From NCBI GenBank assembly GCA_963782115.1, contig CAWAIK010000003.1:32001-96000 (forward strand): 64,000 nucleotides of DNA, written 5' to 3'. Source of the stretch: an uncultured Verrucomicrobiae bacterium. Lineage in GTDB: Bacteria; Verrucomicrobiota; Verrucomicrobiia; Chthoniobacterales; JAFAMB01. A program made the translations under genes and the position numbers. This document shows positions 53,878-64,000 of the stretch, one piece after another (the first letter of the stretch is position 1; each line of letters opens with the position of its first letter). Below the pieces are notes generated by a model. It ran no database searches and had not been told where the DNA came from. It saw only the letters and a list, made by a program, of their open reading frames with translations.

Positions 53878-54627
53878 ATGGGAAGGCTTACAGGAAAGGT
53901 TGCAGTCATTACGGGCGGCAATAGCGGTATCGGCTTGGCGACTGCGAAGCGGTTTGTATCCGAGGGTGGATACGTCTTCATCTCCGGTCGGCGCCAGGAC
54001 GAGTTGGATAAGGCGGTAGCGATCCTCGGCTCAGGCGTTACGGGAGTTCAGGGCGACATATCAAACCTGGATGACCTCGAGCGGCTGTTCGCAACCGTCC
54101 AGGCAGAGAAGGGGCATGTGGACGTACTGTTCGCCAACGCAGGGATAGGCAATAGGAGTCCTTTGGGCGCAATCAGCGAGGAGCAGTTCGACAAAGTTTT
54201 CGATGTGAACGTCAAAGGAACCCTGTTTACCGTGCAAAAGGCGCTCCCGTTGATGCGGGCTGGCGGCTCCATCATACTCACGGGATCGACTACAGGTTCC
54301 ATGGGAACGCCCGCCTTCAGCGTGTACAGCGCGACAAAGGCCGCTATCCGGAATTTTGCTCGAAGCTGGGCGCTGGACCTCAAAGGTACAGGCATCCGGG
54401 TCAATGTGCTCTCGCCGGGGGCTACAACGACGCCAGGTCTTCTCAATGGGCTGGCGAAGACGGGAATGCAAGAAGCTCTTCTTGCCGGTCTTGCCAGTCA
54501 GGCACCACTTGAACGTGTGGGCAACCCAGACGAAACGGCTGCCGTGGCCTTGTTCCTCGCCTCCGATGACAGCAGCTTTATGACAGGAAGCGAAGTATTC
54601 GTCGATGGCGGTTTGGCGCAGGTCTAA
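53878..54627 (+). CDS. SDR family oxidoreductase
   Basis: [23 protein letters not shown]. Confidence 0.95.
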   Translation: MGRLTGKVAVITGGNSGIGLATAKRFVSEGGYVFISGRRQDELDKAVAILGSGVTGVQGDISNLDDLERLFATVQAEKGHVDVLFANAGIGNRSPLGAISEEQFDKVFDVNVKGTLFTVQKALPLMRAGGSIILTGSTTGSMGTPAFSVYSATKAAIRNFARSWALDLKGTGIRVNVLSPGATTTPGLLNGLAKTGMQEALLAGLASQAPLERVGNPDETAAVALFLASDDSSFMTGSEVFVDGGLAQV

Positions 54628-54659
54628 TTCAGTGTGAGAGGGGGCTGCGCCATGGGATC

Positions 54660-55050
54660 TCCTCTCGAAATAGCTATTTCCATAGGCCGATAACGCCGCC
54701 GCCGATCGAGATATAATGCTTCGTGATTTGCTCGATGGGTTGCCCATCTTGTTCTTTCTCCTGGTGGTGCCATTTCCATGAGGGCCGGTCCAAACGCTTT
54801 GGTAAGCAGATCGATTTCCCACCATGCTTGAGCTAAAGGGCCGCCCTGTTCTGCAGTAAGCAGCGCGCTCAACTCATCGGCGTGGTCGTCTATTTTGTTG
54901 AGCGAGCTAGCCAATATTGCTTTCCGGCGTCCGAACGGAACAGCATCCCATCCTGAAAACGCGTATAGCGCATCACTGATTGCTTTATTTAACAACGCGC
55001 GATCTACATCGGGAACGGTGGCTAGTTGTTTTCCAGTAGCAGGATTGTTC
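54660..55050 (-). pseudogene. aldehyde dehydrogenase remnant, second copy
   Basis: Homologous to ~50880-51225 (LTAEQGGPLAQAWWEIDLL). Confidence 0.8.
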
Positions 55051-55119
55051 AGTGTGACGGGTTGTTTGGACGGGACTCCAAAAGGATCCCTCCGCCCTGA
55101 CGCTTTTTAGAGACAGTCC

Positions 55120-55210
55120 TGCTCTTCTGCGCCGCAGTCCGCGAGGCGTGACGCTCACGGCTGAGGGAAAGCTTTTCCTGGAAGAAGTTCGCGAACTACT
55201 AAAGCGCACC
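55120..55210 (+). pseudogene. LysR fragment similar to the gene at 52208
   Basis: RRSPRGVTLTAEGKLFLEEVRELLKR. Confidence 0.7.
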
Positions 55211-55234
55211 GCTTGTAACGCCAAGTCGAAAAGT

Positions 55235-55885
55235 TCACTCATGTTTGCTCTCCGTGAATTCCGTTTGTTCGGTCAACGTGGCCACGATTTCACTGGTGGA
55301 GACGATCGCGTGGGCGAAGGTCGGACCGTTGAGCTCGGCCGCGCGCATTTCTTCTCGACTGAAAGCCGCGGTCGCATCTTTGACGAGGGTGACGTGATAG
55401 CCGAGTTCCATTCCAAAACGGCCGGTAGACTCGATGCAGGTGTTCGCCAGCATGCCGATGAGGATGATCTTTTCGATTCCGTGCTGTTTAAGCTGCTGGT
55501 CGAGGTCAGTGTTAGCAAAGCCGCTTTGCGCCCAGTGCTCCTTGATGATGATGTCTCCCTCCTGCGGGACAAAGTCAGGATGCCACTCACCGCCCCAAGT
55601 ACCCTTCGCGAAGACCTGGTTCTTAGCCCCGGTGAGCTGCCTGGGAGTCGCGTACTTCCAATGGGTGTAGTCGCCCGGTTCCCAGCGATGATGGGGAACG
55701 ACGAAGATCCGGACACCTGACTGACGGGCCGCGCCCACGATAGATTTCAGGTTCGATAGAAGGTTCACTTCCTCTGCGACCTCTTTGGCTTGGGGCCAAA
55801 GCTTACCCGTCGGAGATAGGAAGTCGTTGTACGGATCTACGAGAAGGAGACCTGTCTGGTCTCTAACGTAATCTTTAGTGTGCAT
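55235..55885 (-). CDS. isochorismatase-family cysteine hydrolase
   Basis: LLVDPYNDF, KEHWAQSGF, ANTCIESTGR, VKDATA. Confidence 0.92.
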   Translation of the reverse strand: MHTKDYVRDQTGLLLVDPYNDFLSPTGKLWPQAKEVAEEVNLLSNLKSIVGAARQSGVRIFVVPHHRWEPGDYTHWKYATPRQLTGAKNQVFAKGTWGGEWHPDFVPQEGDIIIKEHWAQSGFANTDLDQQLKQHGIEKIILIGMLANTCIESTGRFGMELGYHVTLVKDATAAFSREEMRAAELNGPTFAHAIVSTSEIVATLTEQTEFTESKHE

Positions 55886-56423
55886 ATTCTCCTATTGCGT
55901 TAGTGCAAGATCGTAAGGAAACCTCCTTGAACCATCTACGTTGCCAGTCTGACGCCAAAGGCAATGATACCGGCGGTGGATCAGCAGGAACGTCGTCGCA
56001 CCCTCTGTCCTGCGTAGATCACTATTTTGGTTGGCTCTTTGGTTCTGGTTGTCCTTTGACCAATACCTGCGTTGTTGCAAATAAGAGTGTATTTACACCT
56101 AATGCAAGGAAATCCTCAAAAGATTGTGAAAGACAACACTTCATTCGATGAAGAAAAGGAAATTATATGCGTGCAGTGAAAACAGAAGGATTCAGCGGCT
56201 GCAAGGATTGCCGGGCAAAATGTTGCGCCGGTTCTTCCTGACAGTTGCATAGTTAGCTCCTGCTCGTGAAGCTTTGCCTCAAGCTGAACGCTCTTGAGCA
56301 CGTCCGGCTGACCCAAGACCGCCCAGATCGCTCTCGTGATCGAAACGTCGGGGCTTCGCGAAGTTCACCTGATTCCAGCGGCCTAATCCGCTTGCGCTTC
56401 GACCGCGAATTTCAGCAGGTCAT

Positions 56424-56921
56424 TCATGCTGCTGCCGCAGTGGAGCGCTCCGCCAGAAGACGCAGTTTTTCATCCAGTTTCCGCGCCGAAACCATTAGCT
56501 CTTCGTTGCCCAGGCGACTCATGAGCGAGGACGGGAGATCATAGACCAGACGAACTTTTTTGTCGGAATCCTCGTAGACCATTAGGCGGATGGGGACGTT
56601 TAATCCCGCGCCCACGTCGTATTTCATCATGGTCCAGGCGATGAGAGGATTCCCAAGTGCGTAGGTCCGGGCCTTTGCCTTCACGCCGAAATGGCGGAGC
56701 CATCCGGCATGATCAGCCGTCATGAAACGCATAAAGCCGCTTTCACCTTCGAACGATCGGACTTTCGCATCGAATTCCGAAAGGCTTTGAGCTTCCCGGA
56801 TCACAGCATTCAATTCGCCCTTTTCCACCGAACCGGTGGCAGCTTCAAAGGCCGCCACAACTTCTTCAAAACTGCGGTCCGTGGCGTGCTCGTAATGTTG
56901 GACAGTAAAGGCGTTAATGAT
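56424..56921 (-). CDS. DUF302-domain protein; no canonical start codon behind its RBS
   Basis: DHAGWL, LGNPLIA, AGLNVPIRLMVYE, YDLPSS; frame open to ATC at 56921 after AGGAG. Confidence 0.75.
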   Translation of the reverse strand: MINAFTVQHYEHATDRSFEEVVAAFEAATGSVEKGELNAVIREAQSLSEFDAKVRSFEGESGFMRFMTADHAGWLRHFGVKAKARTYALGNPLIAWTMMKYDVGAGLNVPIRLMVYEDSDKKVRLVYDLPSSLMSRLGNEELMVSARKLDEKLRLLAERSTAAAA

Positions 56922-57149
56922 AACAGTTCTCCTTTGTTGATTGAAAGGTGTACAAACGATATCGAACTCAGGCTCCGGGGAGACAAGCTCTTAACTGCGT
57001 TGCTTCATCGAGAAGCCAGCCGCCGATCGGTCGCTTCGAAAACTGCGGGTCCTGAGCTGTGACGCTCCGTCGCCCTATCTCATCCAATACATTTTGCGCC
57101 AGCCGAGTGTTGATTTCTGCGATCGTTGTTGTCATGGGCAACTCCTAAC

Positions 57150-57876
57150 CTATTGCTTCACGCCGCGCGCCGAACCCCAGAGTGCGCCCGGATTGACGCG
57201 GTCCGGATAGAGGCTCAACATCTTATCGTATAGCTCTCGCGCGGTCGTCGTGGTGTCGGCTAAGCGGTTGAAATCGCGGATGTACTGGCGGGTCTCTTCG
57301 ATGATCCTGGGGCTGTCGTCGTTTTCGGCTCGCTTGTGTCCCGCGATCACCGCTGTCGGGTTCAGCGCCTCGATTGTATCGAGGGCGGCAATCCACTCGA
57401 GGCGCATTTTTGGATTGGATTCGGCAAGATACAGGTGGACGCCGTTGTAGGCGGCGTCACCCGCTACGACCAAGCCGATTGAGGGAACATGGAGGCAAGT
57501 CGTGCTGTCGGTATCGGTATGTCCGAGCGGCACAGCGATCAAATCGTGCCCCTCAAGATCAATGACGTTTCCGGTCAGTTCTTCGGCAATCACAACACGA
57601 TCGGAAAGCAGACCGGGAAAACGCGCATTCCAAAACGACGCGAGAGACTCCGGCGATGCCTGCTGGCGCATTACCTTGACTACATCCGTCGTCGCAACAA
57701 ACCGGGTGTTCTGAAACCTCGCGAGAACCGTACTGACGCCGAAGAAATGGTCGGCGTGGCCGTGAGTCGCGTAAATCGTCGTGAGGTTCTTGCCGCTCGC
57801 CGTGATCCAATCGACCAAGGCGAAAGCCTGCTCGACGGTGAGGAGGGCGTCGACGAGGACAGCGTCCCGCTTGCCG
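57150..57876 (-). pseudogene. MBL-fold metallo-hydrolase, 5'-truncated
   Basis: DAVLVDA, THGHADHFFG, GHTD, AGDAAYN, IAGH. Confidence 0.85.
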
Positions 57877-57920
57877 GAAATGCTTTCATCTTTTCACTCT
57901 CCTTTTCCATCTTATGAAAT

Positions 57921-58369
57921 CTATTCGGGTAACCGGTAGAAGTGGCTCGAGTCGATCTTGCCTTCGGTCCTATGGCCAAGTTCGGCCGAGAATTTGAGCA
58001 GCGCCTCGAGCGGCCGGTGGTGAATGCCGATTGAAGTGATCTTACTCGCCTCGTTGATCTCCAGGACGGTGACACCTGCGAGCTCTAGGCACTAAAGGTG
58101 CGCGCCTTCCACTCTAGCCATGTCCGTCCATCGCTCTTGGCCTGCGCAATGAAGATCAGGTGCTCGTACATGGTGCTAGCCGCACCCATACAGATTTTGA
58201 CGAAGTCGCGACCGACGATCGGCTTGACTAAGGAACTCGCATTAAGCACCACATCTGGCGCCAGAGCCGCCTCAAAACCCTCTGTCGAGCGTTTCTCGAA
58301 GGCATCGGTCCAGGGTTGCTCATCGACATTGCCGGCAACGTTTTTCGTCATAGTGGTCTTTTTTGTCAT
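57921..58369 (-). pseudogene. SnoaL/NTF2-like protein, frameshift near 58085
   Basis: LAPDVVLNAS..PIVGRD, WLEWKA, then GVTVLEINEASKITSIGIHHRP. Confidence 0.7.
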
Positions 58370-58400
58370 GGTAGTTTTTCTTCTGGTTGACGTTGTTTCG

Positions 58401-59186
58401 TCAGGTCTGTGACCGGCCGATTTCAGCAAGGAAGCCGTTAATAGCTGTCGCGGTCGCGGTCGGTTGCTCAAGATGTGGCCAGTGGCCGGCATTCGAAACG
58501 GTTGCGATCCTCGCGCGCGCGAAGCGAGGGAAGATGGTGGTTGTGACCAGCTCGCGGGTCACCAAAGGGTCGTCAACGCCGTTGATGATTAACACGGGAG
58601 CATCGACCACGCTTGATACCCGACCCGCGTCGTGACCGCCGCTCCAGGCGTCGAACAGGGCTGCGACCGTCGCCGGGGGTACGCTAGCTCCCACTTCGAC
58701 GGCATGATCAAGGTCGGCGGCCGTCAAATGGCTGGACGACTGGATCCGCAGCTCTCTTTGGCCTTTAGGGTTGCTGCCGAGCCCGCGGAAAGCGGTCGCT
58801 CTGGCGTCCGGCAGGGCGATACCTTCAAGTGGTACGGGCGTCAACAACACCAGACCGGCGATCTGGCGTGGCCGCATACGAGCTACGAGTTCGGCGATCT
58901 GCGCGCCCATGCTGTGGCCGACCAGGACCGTAGATCGCCCGACTGCGTCAACGATAGAAGCCACCGCATGTCCGAGCCGGTCCAGCGAAAACGGTCCCGG
59001 GTCGCCAGCAGCTTTTCCCATGCCGGGCAAATCAAGTGTAACTACAGAAAGGTTCCGAGCTTCCACCGACTCGATCGTCGACTGCCAGAAGCTGCCGTCA
59101 TCAAGGAACCCATGAATGAAAACAAGCGCGTTAGCGCCGTTTCCGCTCCGGGTGAAAGGCAGCGGTATCTCTCGTCGTTCAGTCAT
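58401..59186 (-). CDS. alpha/beta hydrolase
   Basis: FIHGF, DLPGMG, GHSMG, AGHWPHLE. Confidence 0.9.
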   Translation of the reverse strand: MTERREIPLPFTRSGNGANALVFIHGFLDDGSFWQSTIESVEARNLSVVTLDLPGMGKAAGDPGPFSLDRLGHAVASIVDAVGRSTVLVGHSMGAQIAELVARMRPRQIAGLVLLTPVPLEGIALPDARATAFRGLGSNPKGQRELRIQSSSHLTAADLDHAVEVGASVPPATVAALFDAWSGGHDAGRVSSVVDAPVLIINGVDDPLVTRELVTTTIFPRFARARIATVSNAGHWPHLEQPTATATAINGFLAEIGRSQT

Positions 59187-59227
59187 TGTGCGCTTCACAA
59201 CTATTTCGTCGGTGGGATCGACCCACC

Positions 59228-60090
59228 CTATGCCTGCTTCTTGGCGGTGTTCGCTGCGCCCCAAAGCGAGCCCGGATTGACGCGATCCGGATAGAGTTCG
59301 AGCATTGCGTCATAGAGCTGGAGCGCGTTCACGGTTGCTTCGTTCAGGCGGTTGAAATCACGAAGGTATTGCCGCGTCTCGGCAATGATGCGGGGATCAT
59401 CGTCGTTTTCCGGCACCTTGTGCCCGGCTATCACGGCTTTCGGTTTGAGGGCCTCAAGCTTGTCGAGCGTGGAGATCCATTCAAGCCGGCTCTGTGTGTC
59501 GGTCTCGCCGAGGTAGGGATGAATTCCGTTGTAAACGGCGTCGCCGGCAACGATCAGTCCGATCGACGGGACGTGCAAGCAGGTGGAGGGAGCCGTATCG
59601 GTCCGCCCCGCGTTCATCGCGACAAGCTTGTGCCCCTCCAGCTCCAGATCGTTGTCTTCCAGCGGTTCGGCAACCAACAGGCGATCCGGAATCTCGCCGG
59701 GGAAAAGCCGGCGCCAGAAGTTCTCGATCCAGACGGGCGATAGATGCTCACCCATGGCCTTGACGACCTCGGGTATCGCGACCGCCCTTGCGCGCGGGAA
59801 ACGCTCCAGAAGTGATGCAAGGCCAAAGAAATGATCGCCGTGTCCGTGGGTGACATAGATCGCGGTGAGGTTCTTTCCGCTCGCGACGACCCAATCCAAC
59901 AGATTCTGCGATTGCTCCGTCGTCAGAAAGGTGTCCACGAGAATGGCGTCGCGCTCACCGCAGATGAGCGTCGACGAATTCGCCACCCACATCCGTTCTT
60001 CCTTGCCGGCTGGCAAATCGCGAACGAGGCCAGGACGCTTTATCGTCAGTACATTCCAGTGAAGATCAGTCTTAGTCGTGTTGATTGCAT
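59228..60090 (-). CDS. MBL-fold metallo-hydrolase, frameshift just after the ATG
   Basis: WVANSSTLI, THGHGDHFFG, AGDAVYN, IAGH; paralog of 57150. Confidence 0.85.
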
Positions 60091-60178
60091 TTATCCTCAG
60101 CTTCTTGTTTGGTTAAGCGAGCGGAACCTGGCCGAGATAGGGACAGTTTTATCCTCCTCAAGCCACGTTGACCGGTCG

Positions 60179-60950
60179 TCAGCGGCGGTGCGCAGGTGCT
60201 GCGCCCGGCGATCCAAGAACGCCGCCATCGACGACAAGCTCTGCTCCCTGGATGTAGGCTGCCTCATCCGACGCTAGAAAGAGGACGGCGCTGGCTATAT
60301 TCTTCGGCCCTACCGATGCGATTGAGCGGAATCATCGCTTGGAGGCCACTCTCGCGTGCCGCAGCGGCTTCGGGCGGTACGGCCGTTCGCCCCCAGATCG
60401 GCGTTTCGATAACGCCGGGAACAACGGTGTTGACCCTGATACCGCGCGGTGAGAGCTCACCTGCGAGCGAGCGGCACATCGCCCGCACGCCCGCTTTGCT
60501 AACTGCGTAGGCGGAAGACTCGCCAGTACCGATGCTTGCAGCCATCGACCCGTTCAGGATAATCGACGCCCCGACGCCCATAAGCGCCAAAGCAGCTTGG
60601 ACGGTCAGGAAAACCGCAGTGACGTTGGTGCGCAAGACGTCATCGAAATCCTTTTCCAGGGTTTCCTCGATAGGACTGAATTTCGCGATCCCGGCATTGG
60701 CAAACAGGATGTCGAGATGGCCGAATTCGTTCTTGATCCGGTCGAAAAGGCTGGAGCGCGCCTGCGTATCCAGAACATCCGATTTGATGGCCGTCACACC
60801 CAACTCCTTCGCAGCCGCGGCGAGCGTTGTCGCATCGCGGCCCGTAATTGCAACACGAGCGCCTTCGGCAACAAACCGCCGTGCCGTCGCAAGGCCGATC
60901 CCGCTGTTGCCACCAGTAATGAGTGCAATTTTTCCTTCAAGCTTACCCAT
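60179..60950 (-). pseudogene. SDR family oxidoreductase, frameshift near 60298
   Basis: [30 protein letters not shown] continues in another frame. Confidence 0.88.
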
Positions 60951-61028
60951 GGATTTCTCCTTCGTTGTCATTTGTTCGCTGATTTGGCATCAGGGCCGCG
61001 TTTTTGCCGGCTCATCGCCACGGGGAAG

Positions 61029-61394
61029 TCACCGCTTCGGCGAGATCTTTCCCGCAAATGTCTGGGTCACGATCTTTCCGTTCTGCACGATGAAGGTGTC
61101 GGTGCCGAGCTCGAAGCGGTTGTCCGTCGTCTCGGCCTTCCACACGATATAGGCGGTGTCGCCGTCGACCTCCTGCCGGAGCATCTCGAAAAACATCCCC
61201 GGCTTCGCGAACTCCTCGAAGAGGCTCACGAAAAATCTCCGAATCGCCTCGGAGCCGCGCAACACGCCATCCGGTGTGAAGAACCTCGACTCGGCGGTGT
61301 AGTCAGCCATGGTGCCGACGATATCGCCCAAGCAGTTCAGGTGGTGTGTGAGTACGTCCTGGGTCGTCGCAGCGACGCCATTTTTCTGTTCCAT
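61029..61394 (-). CDS. SnoaL/NTF2-like protein
   Basis: MADYTAES..TPDGVLRGSEAIRRFF, GTDTFIVQNGKIVTQT; AAGGAG RBS. Confidence 0.85.
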   Translation of the reverse strand: MEQKNGVAATTQDVLTHHLNCLGDIVGTMADYTAESRFFTPDGVLRGSEAIRRFFVSLFEEFAKPGMFFEMLRQEVDGDTAYIVWKAETTDNRFELGTDTFIVQNGKIVTQTFAGKISPKR

Positions 61395-61730
61395 GTATTT
61401 CTCCTTTAGTTGTCGTTTGTTTGCCTGTTCTTTGCGAACGTCGAGAGCGTTGTGGATCGTAACATGCGTCACGAACGGCTCGCCGCGGGCATTGAGCAGA
61501 TACTCGCTAAAACCCTGTTCATTGATACACAGTTGCCGTCGATCCGTTGGATAGGCCAATACTGTATTCCTTGAGCTGACCATGCCTTTTCGGCATAATG
61601 CAAAGCAGCATTGGGACTCGGGTATCTGCACGCGGCTCTCTTATTTTGAAGCTCACATTCAAGGCGGAGGGCACAGGCGTAAATTTTACCGGCCTCATCA
61701 ACCCTCTCACCCTGGTACTGACCATTGGTG

Positions 61731-62175
61731 TTAACACCGGCACCACGACCGTGACGGCGCAATTCGAGTAGTCACGAGGCGCACCATTTGGCGGAATCCT
61801 GACGCTTGCGGCGGCTCGGGAGGAGCAATGATTTTGATGCCGAACACCTCGGCAAGCTTAAGCAATTTCGCCATTTGATCGGGCGTCGGGATTTCGACCG
61901 GTGGTGTGATCCCCTCCATCAGCCGAATACCAGCCTGGGCAATAAATGCGTCGAAACCGCCGGGCGTCGTCAGCAAAAGTGAACGTACAGGTGTTTGGCT
62001 CCGATTCCGGAGGCGATGCGGGACATTCCTCGGAGCGAAGTAGCTTTCTCCTGAACCAAGAGAGAACTTTTTATGACCGATGGTAACCTCAAGCTCTCCT
62101 TCCAGAAGGTGCATCGACTCGTCCTCGTTGGCATGCAAGTGCAGACCGCCGTCGCCGTCCGGCGGCATCAAGCCC
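61731..62175 (-). pseudogene. cupin-domain protein, 5'-truncated
   Basis: LHLHANEDESMHLLEGEL, APRNVPHRLRN, TPGGF. Confidence 0.8.
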
Positions 62176-62895
62176 TCAATGAGGGGTAGGAGACACGCGA
62201 GGCACCCAGATCCCCGGCTCATACATTCGGGCTGCCCGAGTGGAGCGGATCGTGACCGAGTTCTCCCAGATGCCCGGGGGAGTCGGCTGCAGGTAAAAAT
62301 CGATCGCGTCTTTGCTGCGATAGGAGGCTAGAACTGCCGGATCGTCGCTCACGACCAGCTGCCGGCGCAAAGGCTCACCGCGAAGCTGACCACGTTCGTC
62401 TTCGGCGAACGCGCTCTCCAGGGCTGCGATTCCTTCCGGAGCGATGCGGCGCAGACCTTGTTCAAAACCGCTAATCGTCGGAACTTGCGAGACAACCGCC
62501 TTTAGCCGCCTGTCGGTAGCACCGAGCACAATCGCGTGGCCCCCGGCATAGCTGGTGCCCCAGATGCCGATATGAGCGGCATCAACTTCGGTCTGGCTTT
62601 CGAGAAACGAAATCGCGCGGCGCCAATCGACGATCTGCTGCCAAGGGTCGACGTCCCCGCGCTCTGCACCATCGCTCGCCCCGAAATTGCGATGATCATG
62701 GACCAGCACGACGAAACCGGCTTCCGCGAAGGCCCGCGCGAATCGTTCGATGCCATGCTCCTTCACGCCGGCATAGCCGTGCGCCATCGTAATCGCCGGC
62801 GCGGGACTTTTGCCGCCGGGAACGAACAGCCAACCGCGCAACGTCACGCCGCCCTCGACCGCGAACTCGATATTCCTTCTTTCCGCCATCGCCAT
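62176..62895 (-). pseudogene. alpha/beta hydrolase (S15/Xaa-Pro dipeptidyl peptidase-like), 3'-truncated
   Basis: MAHGYAG, DHRNFGASDG, WGTSYAGGH; ends at VSPTP before the expected Asp/His region. Confidence 0.8.
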
Positions 62896-63411
62896 TTGCT
62901 TTTCTCCTTATGCTTCGATCATGAACAACGAGCTTTAACAATCGAAGTCAGTGATACGGGGGTATCCCTCCAGCACGCACGAGAAACGCCTCGTATCGCA
63001 ACAACGTGCTTGCTCAGAACGTTCTTGTTTAACCTCGTTCGGTTTCCACAGTTTGGTGTCGATCCTTTGGACGGGCCAATACTGTATTCCTTGAGCTGAC
63101 AATGCCTTCTCGGCATAATGGAAAGTTCCAATGGAACTCCGGCATCTGCGGTATTGCGGAGTTTGGGCGACGAGGTTGTAGTCAACCCCATTTTTCCAGT
63201 TCACGAAGAACGAAGACGATGCCTCGGCGGCCGGGCTGCGAACTGAATCTGACCGCCTTGAGGATTTATTCGCGAGCGCTCGCTCGCGCCCTCACAGCCT
63301 TGAATCCCGAGACGAAGCGCGCGAGTGTTTTTGAGATAGCTTCGCGCGGCAGCATGACTTCGATAAGCGTAAATTGTCCGCGCCGCGAGACAGCGCACTC
63401 CATCGCTTCCT

Positions 63412-64000
63412 TCAGTTCTCCACATCTCGGCTAACCGCACCAAGGTCCCGATCCTGAACTGCGCCATAGATGTCAATTACCCGGCGAATGTTATAGTGCG
63501 AGATCAACCCAATTTCATGTCCGCGAGCTACCGACGCCACGTCTCCTAATATTTCCATGTTCGTTCCACTGGTTGCGTTGAGCGGAATATTCAAAAGATC
63601 GTTCATGGATTGCAGCCGGTATTGTGGTGTTTGGGCGACGAGGTTGTAGTCGACGCCATTTTTCCAGTTCACGAAGAACATGGGCGTTATTTGAAAACTG
63701 CCACTCAACGCGTTCAACACACTGGAAGCAACATCGCGCTCTGTGTATCCCGCTTGAGCGGCTTTGACCCGGTCAACGGCTACTTCCAGCGTCGGATAGT
63801 CGAGCGGCTGTTGTACCCGCAGGTCGGCTATTCCGGGGATTTGCCGCATCTGCGCCATGATCTTCTCAGCGATCTCTTGACTGGCCACCACATCGTTCCC
63901 TTCGATCTGGACATCAATCGGCGACGGCAACCCGAAATTGAGGATCTGCGTAACAATGTCTGCGGGTAAAAAGTAGAAAGTCACTCCCGGAAACCTTCGA
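63412..64000 (-). pseudogene. RND (AcrB-family) efflux permease, enters from the window edge and breaks off at ~63430
   Basis: PADIVTQILNFGLPSPIDVQIEG, IPGIADLRVQQ, VDRVKA, ISHYNIRRVIDIY..RDLGAV. Confidence 0.85.

Noticed and set aside
54061..54825. Long antisense ORFs such as this one, 15878-16552 and 60597-61409
   Set aside because: Shadow frames of well-supported genes on the opposite strand in GC-rich sequence.

Overview
A 64 kb accessory region from a soil-type bacterium. Gene style suggests Verrucomicrobia (Chthoniobacterales-like), but this is inference only. It contains no rRNA, tRNA or CRISPR array. The window is strongly mosaic: many genes are truncated at abrupt junctions or carry single-base frameshifts, which could be real decay, long-read indel errors or both. 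(1) 1-14 kb is a mobile/conflict patch: a ~590-aa stand-alone reverse transcriptase (YVDD, one frameshift) preceded by ~150 nt of tandem hairpins, an M91-like HExxH metallopeptidase, a 420-aa orphan, and a GHKL ATPase inside a 5.3 kb segment bounded by TGT...ACA transposon ends built from a repeated 18-bp motif. (2) 14-26 kb holds oxidoreductase, LysR, OpgC and GDSL genes, a nested MITE inserted into a Tn3-type 38-bp inverted repeat with an 11-bp target duplication, and integrase remnants. (3) 26-44 kb is an envelope/redox locus around an ECF sigma remnant and anti-sigma, with six GGAAT-N17-GGT promoter-like sites in front of secreted or membrane genes. (4) 44-48 kb is oxyR-like / catalase / hemA with a near-consensus OxyR box. 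(5) 48-64 kb is a cluster of small oxidoreductases, hydrolases and regulators with internally duplicated fragments. The best candidate for an undescribed system is the RT plus its upstream structured RNA.
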